DNA of 64,000 nucleotides, taken from NCBI GenBank assembly GCA_963708165.1, contig OY970187.1, positions 1,002,542 to 1,066,541 of the forward strand. The letters are read 5' to 3'. The translations under genes and the position numbers were made by a program. Shown piece by piece: positions 40,797 through 55,600 of this stretch. The DNA comes from Rubricoccaceae bacterium (lineage in GTDB: Bacteria; Bacteroidota; Rhodothermia; Rhodothermales; Rubricoccaceae). The notes under the pieces are model-generated. The model searched no databases, was not told the origin of the DNA, and worked only from the letters and a program-made list of their open reading frames with translations. Every line of letters begins with the position of its first letter. Position 1 is the stretch's first letter.

Positions 40797-41630
40797 TTAG
40801 CGTCGGCCGCGGCCTCCGCCGCCACCGCCAGTGTTTCCGCCAGCGTTGCCGCCGCGTCCTCCGCGGCCGCCTCCGCCACCACGGTTGTCGCGGCCGCCAC
40901 GCCCGCCGCGGTCGTCGCCACCACGTCCTCCACGGCGACGCTCGGGCACGCTCGGAGCAGCTGTCTGCTGGCGCTGCGCGTATGCATTCGGGGAGAGGTC
41001 GGGCTTTCCGATGACCTCGCCGTGGAAGATCCAGACCTTCACGCCACAGGTACCTGCGACGGTAAAGGCTGTGGCCTCGGCGTAGTCAATGTCAGCGCGA
41101 AGCGTGTGGAGTGGCACGCGGCCTTCCATGTACTGCTCCACACGGCGCATCTCGGATCCGCCCAGGCGGCCACCGACTTTGATGCGAATGCCCTCGGCGC
41201 CCATGCGCATGGCAGCACCGAGTGCTTGCTTCATCGCACGTCGGTAGGACACACGTCCCTCCAGCTGCTGCGCAATGTTCTGCGCGACGAGAGATGCGTC
41301 CAACTCGGGACGCTTGATCTCGTTGATGTTGATCTGAACGTCTTTGTCCGTCAGCGTCTTGAGCTCCTCGCGAAGCTTCTCCACTTCCGAGCCGCCGCGG
41401 CCGATGATGACACCAGGGCGCGAGGTGTGGAGGGTAAGGATGACGCGACGAGGCGTCCGCTCGATCACGGTCCGTGAGAGCCCGGCGCGCTTGAGGCGCG
41501 CGTCCAGGTAGCGGCGAATCTCCTCGTCCTCGACGAGTTTCTCAGCGAAGGAACCGGTCTCGAACCAGTTGGAATCCCAGCCGCGGATAATGCCGAGGCG
41601 AAGCCCGACGGGGTTGATTTTCTGTCCCAT
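40797..41630 (-). CDS. rpsC: 30S ribosomal protein uS3 with RGG-rich tail
   Basis: [27 protein letters not shown]. Confidence 0.98.
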   Translation of the reverse strand: MGQKINPVGLRLGIIRGWDSNWFETGSFAEKLVEDEEIRRYLDARLKRAGLSRTVIERTPRRVILTLHTSRPGVIIGRGGSEVEKLREELKTLTDKDVQININEIKRPELDASLVAQNIAQQLEGRVSYRRAMKQALGAAMRMGAEGIRIKVGGRLGGSEMRRVEQYMEGRVPLHTLRADIDYAEATAFTVAGTCGVKVWIFHGEVIGKPDLSPNAYAQRQQTAAPSVPERRRGGRGGDDRGGRGGRDNRGGGGGRGGRGGNAGGNTGGGGGGRGRR

Positions 41631-41709
41631 AGTGTGGGTTGGTGCTTTGCAGGTCGCGAGGGCTACCGCGTGGCGTCTAGCCTCTGGCGCGACCTCTACG
41701 TGCTAGTGA

Positions 41710-42069
41710 TTACGCCTCGTCTTTGGAGGCCTCTGGCGTGCCGACGACGACCGTAAGGTGGCTCGACCGCTTCAGGATCGGGTGAGCCCGACCGCGAGAG
41801 ACGGGCTGGAACCGCTTCATGACCGGCGCCTCGTCGACCATGACGGTCTTGATGACAAGAGAGGTTTCGTCGACGCGGTCCTCGCTGCGGTCGAAGAGGT
41901 TGGCGACGGCAGACCGGATGGCCTTGTCGAGGATCGGCGCGGCCTTCTGCGGCAGGAACTGCAGCGTAGCGAGAGCCTCCTGGGCGTTCTTGCCCCGGAT
42001 GACGTTGGCCACGATGCGCAGCTTGCGCGGGCTGATCTTGATGTACTTGTGCTTGGCGCGTGCTTCCAT
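41710..42069 (-). CDS. rplV: 50S ribosomal protein uL22
   Basis: ISPRKLR, SAVAN, RGRAHPILKRSSH. Confidence 0.97.
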   Translation of the reverse strand: MEARAKHKYIKISPRKLRIVANVIRGKNAQEALATLQFLPQKAAPILDKAIRSAVANLFDRSEDRVDETSLVIKTVMVDEAPVMKRFQPVSRGRAHPILKRSSHLTVVVGTPEASKDEA

Positions 42070-42132
42070 GTCAGTAGTCAGTGTGTGGGTCCGGCGTGAC
42101 GCCAGAGGCGGGCCTCTGGCGAGCCGGTGCCC

Positions 42133-42417
42133 TTAGCGGCGGCGCTTGTCCGCCTTCGAACCCGCGTGGCCTCGGAAGCTCCGCGTAGCGGCGAACTCTC
42201 CGAGCTTGTGACCGATCATGTTTTCGGTCACGTAGACCGGGATGAACTGCTTCCCGTTGTGCACGGCGAAGGTGAGTCCAATCATGTCGGGGGTGATCAT
42301 GGAGCCACGGCTCCACGTCTTGATAACTTTCTTGCGGCCAGCGGCGTCCTGCATTGCGTCCACCTTTTGGCGGAGCTTGTAGTGGACGAAGGGGCCCTTT
42401 TTGAGCGAGCGTGCCAT
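42133..42417 (-). CDS. rpsS: 30S ribosomal protein uS19
   Basis: [23 protein letters not shown]. Confidence 0.98.
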   Translation of the reverse strand: MARSLKKGPFVHYKLRQKVDAMQDAAGRKKVIKTWSRGSMITPDMIGLTFAVHNGKQFIPVYVTENMIGHKLGEFAATRSFRGHAGSKADKRRR

Positions 42418-42422
42418 ATGGG

Positions 42423-43253
42423 TTACTTCTTAGCCTTGCGGCGGCGGACGATGTACTTGGAGGACGCCTTCTTCTTCTTGCGCGTCTTGAAGCCCTTGGC
42501 GTACACGCCGGTGGGGCTCTTTGGGTGACCGCCAGAGGACTTGCCCTCGCCGCCGCCCATCGGGTGGTCAACTGGGTTCATCGCGACACCGCGCGTTTGG
42601 GGGCGAATGCCTAACCAACGCGACCGACCGGCCTTACCGATCTCGATGTTCATGTGGTCTGGGTTCGAGGTCTGACCGATCGTCGCCATGCAAAGCACAG
42701 GGACTTGGCGGACCTCGCCAGAGGGAAGCTTGAGCGTTGCCAGCTTGCCCTCGCGAGCTGTGAGCTGGGCGTACGTTCCAGCGCTACGTGCAAGCTGCGC
42801 TCCCTTTCCTGGGATCATCTCGATCGCGTGCACTGAGGTGCCGAGCGGGATGTTGGAAAGCGGAAGACAGTTGCCGAGATCTGGAAGTGCTTCGGGGCCA
42901 CTGAGAACCGTGTCGCCAACGCCAACTTTGTCGGGCGCAATGATGTACCGCTTCTCTCCGTCCGCATAGACGAGAAGTGCGATGCGCGCTGAGCGGTTGG
43001 GGTCGTACTCGATAGACGAAACGCGCGCGGGAATGCCGTGCTTGTTGCGCTTGAAGTCGATGATGCGATAGCGACGCTTGTGCCCCCCGCCACGGTGGCG
43101 GGAAGTTTTGCGTCCTGTGTTGTTGCGTCCGCCCGAACGCTTCAGCGGCGCGAGGAGGCTTTTCTCGGGCTCCGACTTTGTAATCGTGTCGAAGGCCGAG
43201 ACCGAGCGCTGGCGCTGGCCTGGCGTGTTGGGCTTGAGCTTGCGAATTGCCAT
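42423..43253 (-). CDS. rplB: 50S ribosomal protein uL2
   Basis: [26 protein letters not shown]. Confidence 0.98.
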   Translation of the reverse strand: MAIRKLKPNTPGQRQRSVSAFDTITKSEPEKSLLAPLKRSGGRNNTGRKTSRHRGGGHKRRYRIIDFKRNKHGIPARVSSIEYDPNRSARIALLVYADGEKRYIIAPDKVGVGDTVLSGPEALPDLGNCLPLSNIPLGTSVHAIEMIPGKGAQLARSAGTYAQLTAREGKLATLKLPSGEVRQVPVLCMATIGQTSNPDHMNIEIGKAGRSRWLGIRPQTRGVAMNPVDHPMGGGEGKSSGGHPKSPTGVYAKGFKTRKKKKASSKYIVRRRKAKK

Positions 43254-43330
43254 GGGTCTTTGAATGTGGGCATACGTGCCTCTGGCGTAGGCCCGAGGGC
43301 CGCGGCGCCAGAGGCTTTGCGCCCAGTGTT

Positions 43331-43621
43331 TTATACGGCCTCGTAGAGGTCGATCTCGCCGCTGCGGAGGGTGACGATGGCTTTCTTGTAGCCAGCCACG
43401 CGCCCTTCCACGACTCCCTTTTTGGTCATCTGGCGGCGGCGCTTGCCACGCACAATCATGGTGCGGACTTCCTTGACGGCTACGTCAGGGTAGCGCTCTT
43501 CGATTGCGGCGCGGATCTGGATCTTGTTGGCTTCCTTTTTGACTTTGAAGGCGTAATGCCCTTCTTTCTCTGCAAGGCGGGCAGACTTCTCGGTCAGGAT
43601 GGGCTCGATCAGGATGTTCAT
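43331..43621 (-). CDS. rplW: 50S ribosomal protein uL23
   Basis: [21 protein letters not shown]. Confidence 0.97.
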   Translation of the reverse strand: MNILIEPILTEKSARLAEKEGHYAFKVKKEANKIQIRAAIEERYPDVAVKEVRTMIVRGKRRRQMTKKGVVEGRVAGYKKAIVTLRSGEIDLYEAV

Positions 43622-43632
43622 AGTCAGTTCGG

Positions 43633-44313
43633 TTACGCCTCAGCGGCTGTTTGGGCGCCAGAGGCTTTGGCCGAGCGCTTGCCCACGGGGCGGAGCGCGT
43701 CGGTAAGCGTATCGATAGCGCCCTCCGTCAGGAGAACGGTCCCAGCGCCCATCAGGTCAAGCGTGGACGCCTGCGCAGCATCCTGAATCGTGAGCTTCTG
43801 GATGTTGCGACCGGAGCGGTAGAGCATGTCGTTCTGTCCGTTGGTCAGGATCAGCACGCGCTTGCCTGCGAGGTCGTTGCCGCTGAGCAGATTTGCGATC
43901 TCGCTCGTCTTGGGCACGTCCATGTCGATGTTCTCCAGGACACGTACAGCGTTGTTGCGCAGCTTGTGTGCGAGCGCACTGCGCCGGGCGAGTTGCTTCG
44001 TCTTGCGGTTGACACCAACGGAGTACTTGTGCGGCTTGGGTCCGAAGATTGTACCACCACCTTTTCGAAGCGGGCTTTTGGCGTCACCAGCGCGAGCGTT
44101 GCCCGTGCCTTTTTGGCGGTACAGTTTGCGGCGGGACTTGGAGACCTCGCCACGCTCTTTGGTCTTGTGCGTGCCCTGACGGCCAGCAGCTTGAATCGAC
44201 CGTACGTCGAGCCAGATCACGTGGTCGTTGGGCTCGATGCCGAAGATGGCGTCGTCGAGCTCGATCTCACGGCCAGCTTCGGAGCCGGTACGAGTGTAGA
44301 CAGGAAGTTTCAT
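43633..44313 (-). CDS. rplD: 50S ribosomal protein uL4
   Basis: [25 protein letters not shown]. Confidence 0.98.
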   Translation of the reverse strand: MKLPVYTRTGSEAGREIELDDAIFGIEPNDHVIWLDVRSIQAAGRQGTHKTKERGEVSKSRRKLYRQKGTGNARAGDAKSPLRKGGGTIFGPKPHKYSVGVNRKTKQLARRSALAHKLRNNAVRVLENIDMDVPKTSEIANLLSGNDLAGKRVLILTNGQNDMLYRSGRNIQKLTIQDAAQASTLDLMGAGTVLLTEGAIDTLTDALRPVGKRSAKASGAQTAAEA

Positions 44314-44394
44314 TGTTCTGAGTCGGGAGGAGTGATGCGTGATGGTGATCGCCTCTGGCGCCAGAGGCGCATGGGCGAATCACGGATCACTCGT

Positions 44395-45018
44395 CTAGGC
44401 TTTCCGGATTTCGAGGATGCCGTTCTTGTGTCCTGGAACGGCACCGAGAACGAGCAAGAGGTTGTTGTCCGGGAAGAGACGGACGACGCGAAGGTTTTTG
44501 ACCGTCACCCGGTCGCCACCTGTGCGGCCACCCATCTTGGTACCCTTAAACACGCGGGACGGGTCAGATGCCTGACCAATCGAGCCGGGCGCACGCTGGC
44601 GGTTGTGTTGTCCGTGCGTGGCATCGCCGACGCCGCGGAAGTTGTGCCGCTTGACAACACCCTGAAAGCCTTTGCCTTTGGACGTGCCCGCGACGTGCAC
44701 GGTATCGCCCTCTTGAAACACGTCAGCCACACCGAACTCGTCGCCGATGTTTACCTCGTTCGCGAAGTTCTTGAACTCCACGATGTGACGCTTATAGCTC
44801 GTGCCTGCAGCGCCGAAGTGACCCTGCATGGCTTTCGTCGTGTGCTTTTCCTTTTTGTCTTGGAAGCCAACTTGGACAGCGTTGTAGCCGTCAGTCTCGT
44901 CGGTCTTGACCTGTGTTACGTGGCACGGACCTGCCTCGATGACGGTACAGACCGTCTGGCGGCCTGCGTCATCATAGACGGTGGTCATGCCGACCTTGCG
45001 GCCGAGAATTGCGCTCAT
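44395..45018 (-). CDS. rplC: 50S ribosomal protein uL3
   Basis: [23 protein letters not shown]. Confidence 0.98.
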   Translation of the reverse strand: MSAILGRKVGMTTVYDDAGRQTVCTVIEAGPCHVTQVKTDETDGYNAVQVGFQDKKEKHTTKAMQGHFGAAGTSYKRHIVEFKNFANEVNIGDEFGVADVFQEGDTVHVAGTSKGKGFQGVVKRHNFRGVGDATHGQHNRQRAPGSIGQASDPSRVFKGTKMGGRTGGDRVTVKNLRVVRLFPDNNLLLVLGAVPGHKNGILEIRKA

Positions 45019-45110
45019 TGAAACCTGTTGGTTTAGTTAAGCAGGAGCGGTATCGCTAGAGGCCTGTCTGTAGCCCGAGTGGGCTGAGCCTCTGGCGTCC
45101 GTTCCTGAAA

Positions 45111-45419
45111 TCAGACCTTGATCTCGACATCGACACCGCTCGGAAGCTCAAGCTTCATGAGGGCATCGACAGTCGCAGAGGAGGTCGAAAGGATATCGAT
45201 CAGGCGCTTGTGCGCTCGCGTCTCAAACTGCTCGCGCGCCTTTTTGTCGACGTGCGGGCCGCGGAGAACCGTAAAGATCTGCTTGCGCGTTGGCAGTGGG
45301 ATCGGGCCACTTACCACGGCACCCGTCTGCTTCACGGTACGGATGATCTTCTCGGTGCTCTTGTCGACCAGCGTGTGGTCGAACGACTTAAGCTTGATCC
45401 GAATCTTCTGGTTGGCCAT
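45111..45419 (-). CDS. rpsJ: 30S ribosomal protein uS10
   Basis: [22 protein letters not shown]. Confidence 0.98.
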   Translation of the reverse strand: MANQKIRIKLKSFDHTLVDKSTEKIIRTVKQTGAVVSGPIPLPTRKQIFTVLRGPHVDKKAREQFETRAHKRLIDILSTSSATVDALMKLELPSGVDVEIKV

Positions 45420-45488
45420 GTGTTTGGCTGTGTTGAGCTCGGCCTCTGGCGACGGATTGCCGCCAGAGGCTCAGAGTCAGCTATTTGA

Positions 45489-46676
45489 TCAGTCGAGGAT
45501 TTTGGAGACGACGCCGGCGCCGACCGTCCGCCCGCCCTCGCGGATGGCGAACCGCAGCCCCTGCTCCATCGCCACCGGCTGGATCAGCTTCACCTTGAAC
45601 TGCGTGTTGTCGCCCGGCATCACCATCTCGACGCCCTCGTTGAGCTCGATGTCGCCCGTCACGTCGGTCGTGCGGAAGTAGAACTGCGGGCGGTAGCCCT
45701 TGAAGAACGGCGTGTGGCGGCCGCCCTCCTCCTTGCTCAGGATGTAGACCTCGCACTCGAACTCCTTGTGCGGCGTCACGGCCCCAGGCTTGGTCAGCAC
45801 CATCCCGCGCTCGACGGCTTCCTTGTCGATGCCGCGAAGCAGGATGCCCGCGTTGTCGCCGGCCTGTGCCGAGTCCAAGAGCTTCCTGAACATCTCGACA
45901 CCGGTCACGGTCGAGAGCTGCTTTGCCTCGGCGATGCCCACGATCTCGACCGGCTCGCCGACCTTGATCTGGCCACGCTCGACGCGGCCGGTGACGACCG
46001 TGCCGCGGCCGGTGATGGAGAAGACGTCCTCGACGGGCATCAGGAACGGCTGGTCGATCGCCCGCTCCGGCGTCGGGATGTAGTCGTCGACGGCGCTCAT
46101 GAGCTCCTCGATCTTGCTCACCCACTGGTCCTCGCCGTTGAGCCCGCCGAGGGCGGAGCCCTGCACGACCGGCAGGTCGTCGCCGGGGAACTCGTAGCTG
46201 GAGAGCAGCTCGCGGACTTCCATCTCGACAAGCTCCAGGAGCTCCTCGTCGTCGACCAGGTCGGCCTTGTTCATGAAGACCACGATGTAGGGCACGCCCA
46301 CCTGGCGCGCGAGCAGGATGTGCTCGCGCGTCTGCGGCATCGGCCCGTCGGTGGCGGCAACCACCAGGATCGCGCCGTCCATCTGAGCCGCGCCGGTGAC
46401 CATGTTCTTGACGTAGTCGGCGTGCCCGGGGCAGTCGACGTGCGCGTAGTGCCGCGCCTCGGTCTCGTACTCGACGTGCGCGGTCGCGATCGTGATGCCG
46501 CGCTCGCGCTCCTCGGGGGCGTTGTCGATGTCCTCGAAGTTCATCGCCGTGCCGCCCATCTTCTCGGCGAGCACCTTGGTGATCGCCGCCGTCAGCGTCG
46601 TCTTGCCGTGGTCGACGTGGCCGATCGTGCCCACGTTGACGTGGGGCTTCGTCCGCTGAAATTGCTCTTTAGCCAT
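45489..46676 (-). CDS. tuf: Elongation factor Tu
   Basis: [37 protein letters not shown]. Confidence 0.99.
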   Translation of the reverse strand: MAKEQFQRTKPHVNVGTIGHVDHGKTTLTAAITKVLAEKMGGTAMNFEDIDNAPEERERGITIATAHVEYETEARHYAHVDCPGHADYVKNMVTGAAQMDGAILVVAATDGPMPQTREHILLARQVGVPYIVVFMNKADLVDDEELLELVEMEVRELLSSYEFPGDDLPVVQGSALGGLNGEDQWVSKIEELMSAVDDYIPTPERAIDQPFLMPVEDVFSITGRGTVVTGRVERGQIKVGEPVEIVGIAEAKQLSTVTGVEMFRKLLDSAQAGDNAGILLRGIDKEAVERGMVLTKPGAVTPHKEFECEVYILSKEEGGRHTPFFKGYRPQFYFRTTDVTGDIELNEGVEMVMPGDNTQFKVKLIQPVAMEQGLRFAIREGGRTVGAGVVSKILD

Positions 46677-46726
46677 TGTGCTGTGTTGTCAGTGCGGCTA
46701 GGCCGCTGAATTAAATGCTAGTGGGG

Positions 46727-48826
46727 TTACGCGGCGACCTCTGTCTTCATAGAGGCCGCGATCTCCTCGGCGACCGATGCCGGCACCTCCGAGTAGTGGT
46801 CGAACTGCATCGAGTAGACGGCGCGACCCTGCGTGTTGGAGCGAAGGTCGGTGGAGTAGCCAAACATCTCGCTCAGCGGCACCATCGCTTCGATGACCTG
46901 CGCGTCGTTGCGCTGGCCCATGTTGCCAATCTGGCCACGGCGGGAGCTGAGGTCACCGATCACATCACCCATGTACTCCTCTGGCGTGATGACCTCCACC
47001 TTCATGATGGGCTCCATGATGACTGGCCGAGCCAGGCGGCTCGCCTCGCGGAAGGCCATGCGGCCTGCGAGTTCGAACGAGAGCTGATCAGAGTCGACGT
47101 TGTGGAACTTGCCATCGAACAGACGAGCCTTGACACCCTCGATGGGATAGCCCGCGATCGGACCGCGGCTCATGGCCTCCTTGATACCCTTCTCGACGCT
47201 CGGAATGAACTCGCGAGGGATGGAGCCACCGACGATACCGTTTTCGAACTCGAAACCGGTTCCGTCTTCGGTCGCGGTGAACTCGATCTCGACGTGCGCG
47301 AACTGGCCGCGGCCACCGGTCTGCTTCTTGTGCGTGTACGCGTGGGTGACCTCCTTGCGAAGCGCCTCACGGTACGACACCTGCGGCTTGCCAACGTTGG
47401 CTTCCACCTTGAACTCGCGCTTGAGGCGGTCCACGATGATCTCAAGATGCAGCTCACCCATTCCGGCGATCAGGGTCTGACCCGTCTCGTCGTCGGTTGC
47501 CACCTTGAATGTTGGATCCTCTTCTGCCAGCTTCTGCAGACCGACACCCAGCTTGTCGATATCGGCCTTCGTTTTGGGCTCGATCGCGATGCGGATGACA
47601 GGCTCTGGAAAGTCCATGGACTCCAGAACGACAGGGTCTTTGATGTCGGCAAGCGTGTCACCCGTTCTCGTGTCCTTGAGGCCCACGATCGCGCAGATGT
47701 CACCTGCTCTGACCTGATCAACATCCTCGCGCGTGTTGGCGTGCATGAAGAGAAGGCGACCGGCGCGCTCCTTCTTCTCGTTGCTCGCGTTCAGGATGGA
47801 ATCACCCTTGTTCAGCGTTCCGGAGTAGATACGAGCAAAGGTCAGCTTACCGACGTACGGGTCGGTCGCGATCTTGAACGCGATCGCCGCCAGAGGCTCG
47901 TCCGCATCGGGCCGACGGATGAGCATCTCATCCGTACGCGGAATGTGCCCTTCCATTGGAGGCGCGTCGAGCGGGCTGGGCAGGAAGTCGATGACGCCAT
48001 CGAGCAAGCGCTGGACGCCTTTGTTCTTGAAGGCGGAGCCGCAAAAGACAGGTGTGATGTCCAGCGCGATGGTGGCCTCGCGAACGACACGCTTGACATG
48101 CTCCACGTCGATAGTCTCCCCTTCCAGGTAGAGCATCATGAGCTTGTCATCGTGCTCTGCGACGGCTTCCATCAGGTTGGTGCGCCACTTGCGTGCGTCC
48201 GCCTTGAGGTCTTCGGGGATCTCGATCTCGTCCCAAGTGGAGCCTTGCGTCTCCTCGTCCCAGATGATGGCTTTGTTCTCGACAAGGTCGATCACGCCGC
48301 GGAAGAGCTCTCCATCACCGATGGGAATCTGGACAGGCACGGCGTTGGCGCCGAGCCGCTCCTTCATCATCTGGACCGCGTTGAAGAAGTCAGAGCCCGT
48401 GCGGTCCATCTTGTTGACGAACGCGATGCGCGGCACCTTGTACTTGTCCATCTGGCGCCAGACGGTCTCGGACTGTGGCTCTACACCACCGACTGAGCAG
48501 AAGAGCGCGACCGCGCCATCGAGCACACGCAATGCGCGCTCCACCTCAACGGTGAAGTCGACGTGACCAGGCGTGTCGATGATGTTGATGCGGTGGTCAC
48601 CCCACTGCGCCGTGGTGGCGGCAGAGGTGATGGTGATGCCACGCTCTTTCTCCTGCTCCATCCAGTCCATCGTCGCGCCGCCCTCGTGGACTTCGCCGAT
48701 GCGGTGGAGGCGCCCTGTGTAGTACAGGATGCGCTCAGTCGTCGTGGTCTTGCCCGCGTCGATGTGTGCCGAGATCCCGATGTTTCGGGTCTTGTCGAGC
48801 GGGAACTGTTTGCCGTGGATGCTCAT
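46727..48826 (-). CDS. fusA: Elongation factor G
   Basis: [30 protein letters not shown]. Confidence 0.99.
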   Translation of the reverse strand: MSIHGKQFPLDKTRNIGISAHIDAGKTTTTERILYYTGRLHRIGEVHEGGATMDWMEQEKERGITITSAATTAQWGDHRINIIDTPGHVDFTVEVERALRVLDGAVALFCSVGGVEPQSETVWRQMDKYKVPRIAFVNKMDRTGSDFFNAVQMMKERLGANAVPVQIPIGDGELFRGVIDLVENKAIIWDEETQGSTWDEIEIPEDLKADARKWRTNLMEAVAEHDDKLMMLYLEGETIDVEHVKRVVREATIALDITPVFCGSAFKNKGVQRLLDGVIDFLPSPLDAPPMEGHIPRTDEMLIRRPDADEPLAAIAFKIATDPYVGKLTFARIYSGTLNKGDSILNASNEKKERAGRLLFMHANTREDVDQVRAGDICAIVGLKDTRTGDTLADIKDPVVLESMDFPEPVIRIAIEPKTKADIDKLGVGLQKLAEEDPTFKVATDDETGQTLIAGMGELHLEIIVDRLKREFKVEANVGKPQVSYREALRKEVTHAYTHKKQTGGRGQFAHVEIEFTATEDGTGFEFENGIVGGSIPREFIPSVEKGIKEAMSRGPIAGYPIEGVKARLFDGKFHNVDSDQLSFELAGRMAFREASRLARPVIMEPIMKVEVITPEEYMGDVIGDLSSRRGQIGNMGQRNDAQVIEAMVPLSEMFGYSTDLRSNTQGRAVYSMQFDHYSEVPASVAEEIAASMKTEVAA

Positions 48827-48885
48827 GGTGGGGTCGGTCTGGCGCCAGAGGCCTCTGGCGAGGCGCAGGCGCGGTCCGGGTCTGT

Positions 48886-49356
48886 CTAGAAGCGCGCGAA
48901 GTGGGAGAAGGCCTTGTTGGCCTCGGCCATGCGGTGCGTGTCGTCTTTCTTCTTAACGGCACCGCCCTCTCCGCGGGATGCGGCGAGGAGCTCGGCGGCG
49001 AGGCGGTTGGCCATCGACTTATCGCCGCGCTGGCGGGAATACTGGAGGAGCCACCGGAAGGCCAGCGACGTGCGCCGCTCGGGGCGGACTTCGATGGGCA
49101 CCTGATAGGTGGCACCACCGACGCGCTTGCTGCGCACCTCGACGAGGGGCGCGATGTTGTTGATGGCCTTGCGGAAGACCTCGACGCCAGGCTCCTGCGT
49201 ACGCTCTTCGATCACATCGAAGGCGCCGTAGACGATTTTCTGGGCGAGGCTCTTTTTGCCATCACGCATAACTGCGGCGATGAACTTGGCGACGGTGACG
49301 TCGGCGTAGATCGGATCGGGGATCGGGATCCGCTTTTCTGCTTGCTTCCTGCGCAT
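48886..49356 (-). CDS. rpsG: 30S ribosomal protein uS7
   Basis: [20 protein letters not shown]. Confidence 0.98.
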   Translation of the reverse strand: MRRKQAEKRIPIPDPIYADVTVAKFIAAVMRDGKKSLAQKIVYGAFDVIEERTQEPGVEVFRKAINNIAPLVEVRSKRVGGATYQVPIEVRPERRTSLAFRWLLQYSRQRGDKSMANRLAAELLAASRGEGGAVKKKDDTHRMAEANKAFSHFARF

Positions 49357-49454
49357 GGGATTTGTCGGGGTTCGGTGTGCGGTTGTCGGCGGTCTCGCCT
49401 TTCAGCCTCTGGCGCGGGATGCAGCCTCTGGCGGAAGAGCAAGCCGAAAACCGA

Positions 49455-49829
49455 CTACTCCTTGGGCTTCTTGGCGCCGTACTTGGAGCGGCTCTTGCGA
49501 CGGTCTGCGACGCCGGCCGTATCGAGCGCGCCGCGCACGATGTGATACTTCACGCCGGGAAGGTCCTTGGCACCACCGCCGCGCACGAGCACGATGGAGT
49601 GTTCCTGAAGGTTGTGGCCCTCTCCAGGGATGTAGGCGATAACCTCCATGCCGTTGGTGAGGCGAACCTTGGCCACCTTGCGGAGGGCGGAGTTCGGCTT
49701 CTTCGGAGTGGTGGTGTACACGCGGGTGCAGACACCCCGACGCTGGGGGTTGCTCTGCAGCGCGATGGACCCGGAGGCCTTGCGCTTGGGCGTGCGGCCC
49801 TTGCGGACGAGCTGGTTGATCGTTGGCAC
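49455..49829 (-). CDS. rpsL: 30S ribosomal protein uS12
   Basis: [24 protein letters not shown]; GTG start. Confidence 0.98.
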   Translation of the reverse strand: MPTINQLVRKGRTPKRKASGSIALQSNPQRRGVCTRVYTTTPKKPNSALRKVAKVRLTNGMEVIAYIPGEGHNLQEHSIVLVRGGGAKDLPGVKYHIVRGALDTAGVADRRKSRSKYGAKKPKE

Positions 49830-50281
49830 AGCGGTGCGGAAAGCTGGGAGTCAAAACGGCCCTCGTCTGAGGGCCCGGAGCGCGGTGCGTAGTCCCGGCT
49901 CGGTTCACCGAGCATGCAAGGGACGGCCGCGCGTGACGACAGGCACCTAAGGTACAGGCGCCAGAGGCGGGTCTTCAATCTGGCACGCCGTCGCGGAACG
50001 CAGGATCGTGCAGGTTCAGCCTCTGGCGCGTTAAGCGAACAGGAATACGATACACTGATCTGTACCAGCCGTGCCGCATTCACACCGCGCGCACGTTTTT
50101 CCGTTACGGCACGGCCTGCGCCAGAGGCCTTTGGCGAGACTGGCCTCTGGCGTCAAGGTGCGACGGTGAGTTGGGCGGTCACCACCCCGCTGCCTACCTC
50201 CGCGCGAACGACGTACACGCCTGCGGTCCAGCTTGCCGTGCTCACCTCCCAGGTGTGCTCGCCTCTGGCGCCAGAGGCCAC

Positions 50282-50315
50282 AAAAAGGCCCCGGCTCTCC
50301 GGAGAGAGTCGGGGC
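50282..50315 (-). terminator. Intrinsic terminator downstream of ftsH
   Basis: Minus strand GCCCCGACTCTC...GAGAGCCGGGGC followed by CTTTTT. Confidence 0.75.
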
Positions 50316-50344
50316 GCGGATCATCTCGTCAGAGGCCTCTGGCG

Positions 50345-52444
<2,100 letters not shown>

Positions 52445-52628
52445 GCGAAGGGCGCGAGAGTCACGCGCCGGAAAAGCGAGCGCCGCGCGGGCGGCGGGGA
52501 AACCTCGCGGAAGCGGGGCCGGGCGATACCGGGAGCGAAACGGGCAAGTTCCGAATGCGCGTGCCCCCGCGCCTTCTCTTCGCACGCACGCCTCCGAGAC
52601 GGGCTCCGGGCGCCAGAGGCCTCTGGCG

Positions 52629-55600
52629 CTATTCGCTGCTCAGGTCTTCGAGGCTGAGCAGACGCAGCGTGACAAGCGGCACGATGCTGGCGCCAGCACC
52701 CTGCACTTCGGCCGGAAGATCCTCGCGCACGCCGAACGCATCGGGGCGTGTCTCGAACTGGCCCACGACGATGCGGTAGCCATCGCCGTCGCGCACGGCC
52801 GCGGCGCGGATGTCACGCGCGAGATAATCCGTGAGGATGATCTGAACGGCCGCAGCATCGGGCACGCGCTGGGCGCGCCACGTAAACCCGCCGAGGGCAG
52901 AGTCGAGCGGCTCGGTGCCCTCAAAGCCGTACTGGACATAGATCTCGGGCTCTTCCACCTGCTCTACCGCCGTGCTCACCTCGGCGCCAGAGGCCTCTGG
53001 CGCCAGGCCTCCCAAGAGGGCAGCCGCCGTCCGTGCGTAGGCGGAGCCGGGCGCACGCGTCTGGACGAGTGCCAGCACGTCGGCGACTGTGGGTCCCGCC
53101 GGGACGGCAGACACAGGGTCTGCGGCCGGGACGAACTCCACAGAACCGGGTGCTTCAGAGCCTGCCGCTTCAGAGCCTGACGCTTCAGAGCCGAGCGTTT
53201 CGAGGTCCGGTACCACAGGATCGCCTGCGAGAGGGTCGGGCGTCGCCAGAGGCTGTGCGTCCTCTGGGTCCGGCAGTACGCTCTCTTCGCGGTCCGGCAG
53301 CGCCTCTGGCGTCAGCGTCGAGTCTGCAGGTGTGGGCTCGCCGAGCTCTGGTGCTGGGGGCGGAGCGCCCACGCGTTGCTGGCTGCTCGTTCGCACCTCA
53401 TCCTCGTCGATCTGGCGGACCGGCTCGTCACTCGCACGATCGCGCAACGGCACCTCTCTCCTCTCGGCTGAAACAGACGGGACGAGTTCCAAATCCCCTC
53501 CCTCGGTTCTCACGACTCGTCCCGCCGGGGCCGAAGGCTCAGGTGGTGCTTCCGGCACCTCCACCTGCCTCGGCGCAGGCGCGGGCTGCGGTGTGGTGCG
53601 TTCGGGACGCGTGTATGCGGGCTTGCCGGGCACCGTGCTCTGCTGTGTTCTCGCAGGCTTTCCGGGCACCACGCTTTCGGGGACCACGCTTTCGGGCGCC
53701 GCAGCGGGCGTCTGGGGTTGCGGAATCGCGCCGACTCTCGGCGCCGCGCCAGAGGCCTCGGTCGCAGCGGGCGCCTCTGGCGGCCCAGGGATCAGCGCCG
53801 TGCCTGGAGCAGACGCGCGCTCGGGAAACAGTCCCACTGGAAGCAGCGAGTCGGGCAGCGGCCTCAGCACATCGAAGCCGTCGGCGCGGGCCCACTCGAT
53901 GTAGGTGGCCGAGGCCGCGAGCAGCGCACGCGGCCCGACCGTCACGCGCGAGGAATCGACGGCGAGGGCGAGAAAACCCCCGACCGCTTCCGGGTACGCC
54001 TTCTCGCGCCAGAGGCTGCGCACCGCCTCGTAGGCCACCGACGTGGAATCGATGGTGACGGCCTCTGGCGTGGGCTCCATGCCCAGGCGAAGCCGAGCCG
54101 AGCCTGCGAGCGAGGATTCCGGCGCCTCTTCGATCAGTTCGCGGTAGAGAGCCTCGGCGGTTTCGGTATCGCCTCTGGCGGTTTCGACCTCGGCGAGTGC
54201 GAAGCGGATCTGCTGACCCACCTCTGGCGCGGGTCCGTCGCCCAGCGCAAGGGTATAGAGCGCTGCGGCAGAGTCCGGGCGCGCGAGGGAGAAGAACAGG
54301 CTATTGGCGGCTTCGTAGCGCAGCGCGGCGCGCTCGGAGCGCAGTGTGACCAGGGCCGCGGGCGTACGCGGGATCGGCGAGAGGTCCAGTGGCGTCGGGC
54401 CGCCGAGCGGCGTGTTGGCACCCGACCGCGAGGGGTCTAGGCCAGGACCGACGAGGGCTGCGACGCCCCCCGACTCGATGGCTGCCGAGCGGCGCCAGTT
54501 GGGCACAAGCCCGCGGTCTCCCCACACGCGCTGGAAGTTGAGAAGGTTGGCCTGAACGCTGGAGAGCTCGCGGAAGCTCAGGAAACCGAGGTCGCGCCCG
54601 CCCGCATTCGCGGCTGCAACGCCGCTCACGCCTGCCCCCGGAATGCCCTGCCGCGTCGTGCCGCCCGGAACCCCTTCGTCGCCTCGGATGACCGGCCCCG
54701 AGCCGCCGCCGAAGTCTTGTGCAGCACGCGTCTCAGCCAGTCGCCGCTGCTCCTCGCGGTACTCCACCAGGCGCTGCGCTTCGATGGCCTGAATGCGAGC
54801 CGCAAACGCGTCATCGTCCAAGTTTCCGAGTTCGTAGAGGGAATCGGCCTCTGCCAAGCGTACCGCTACGCTGGAGTATGCTTTGAACGCTCCGGCAGTG
54901 CGCCGCACATTGAGAAGCGCCGCGCGCGTCGGGGCCTCGCCGGGCGAGAGCGAGGTGCGGAGGGCCGTTGACGCGGTGTCGAAGTGTGCCGAGGCGCGCA
55001 CAAAGTCGCCTCGGGTGTCGCGGTAGAACTCGGCGAGGCGCGCGTGGGTCTCGCCGCGCAACGAGCCGCCCGCCATGAGCGGGTCGTACAACACGGAGCG
55101 CATGGCTTCGAGCGCATCATCGGTCTCGCCAGAGGCTGCGAGCAGGCGACCGTAGGCCAGTTCCACCTCGGCGCGGTGCACGTAGTTCTTGTCGTCGCGC
55201 CGCATCCGGCGGATGAGGTCGATGGCCTCTGGCGTCTGCCCGGCGTCCAAGCCGAGTACGAGCGCCTGGTTGAGCTTGGCCGCGTAGGCCAGTTCGTAGG
55301 GCGGCTGGCGGCGGCTGACCTCGCCATATGCCTCGGTTGCCTCGGCGTACTTGCCGTCGGATTCTAGAACCTGGCCGAGAAGCATCCAGCCGCGCGCTGC
55401 AAAATCGCTGTCGCGTTCGTCTTCCAGGCCGTCGCGCAGCGACGCGATGGCCTCGGGATAGCGGCCTTCGCGGGCGAAAAGCTCGCCCAGCACCAGCCGG
55501 ATCCGCGCCAGGTCGCCGCGGTTGCCCTCGGCCGCACCCAGGCGCTCCTGCAAGATGGTCGTCCCCTCCTCGTAGCGCTGCGCCGCGCCCAGCGTGCGGC

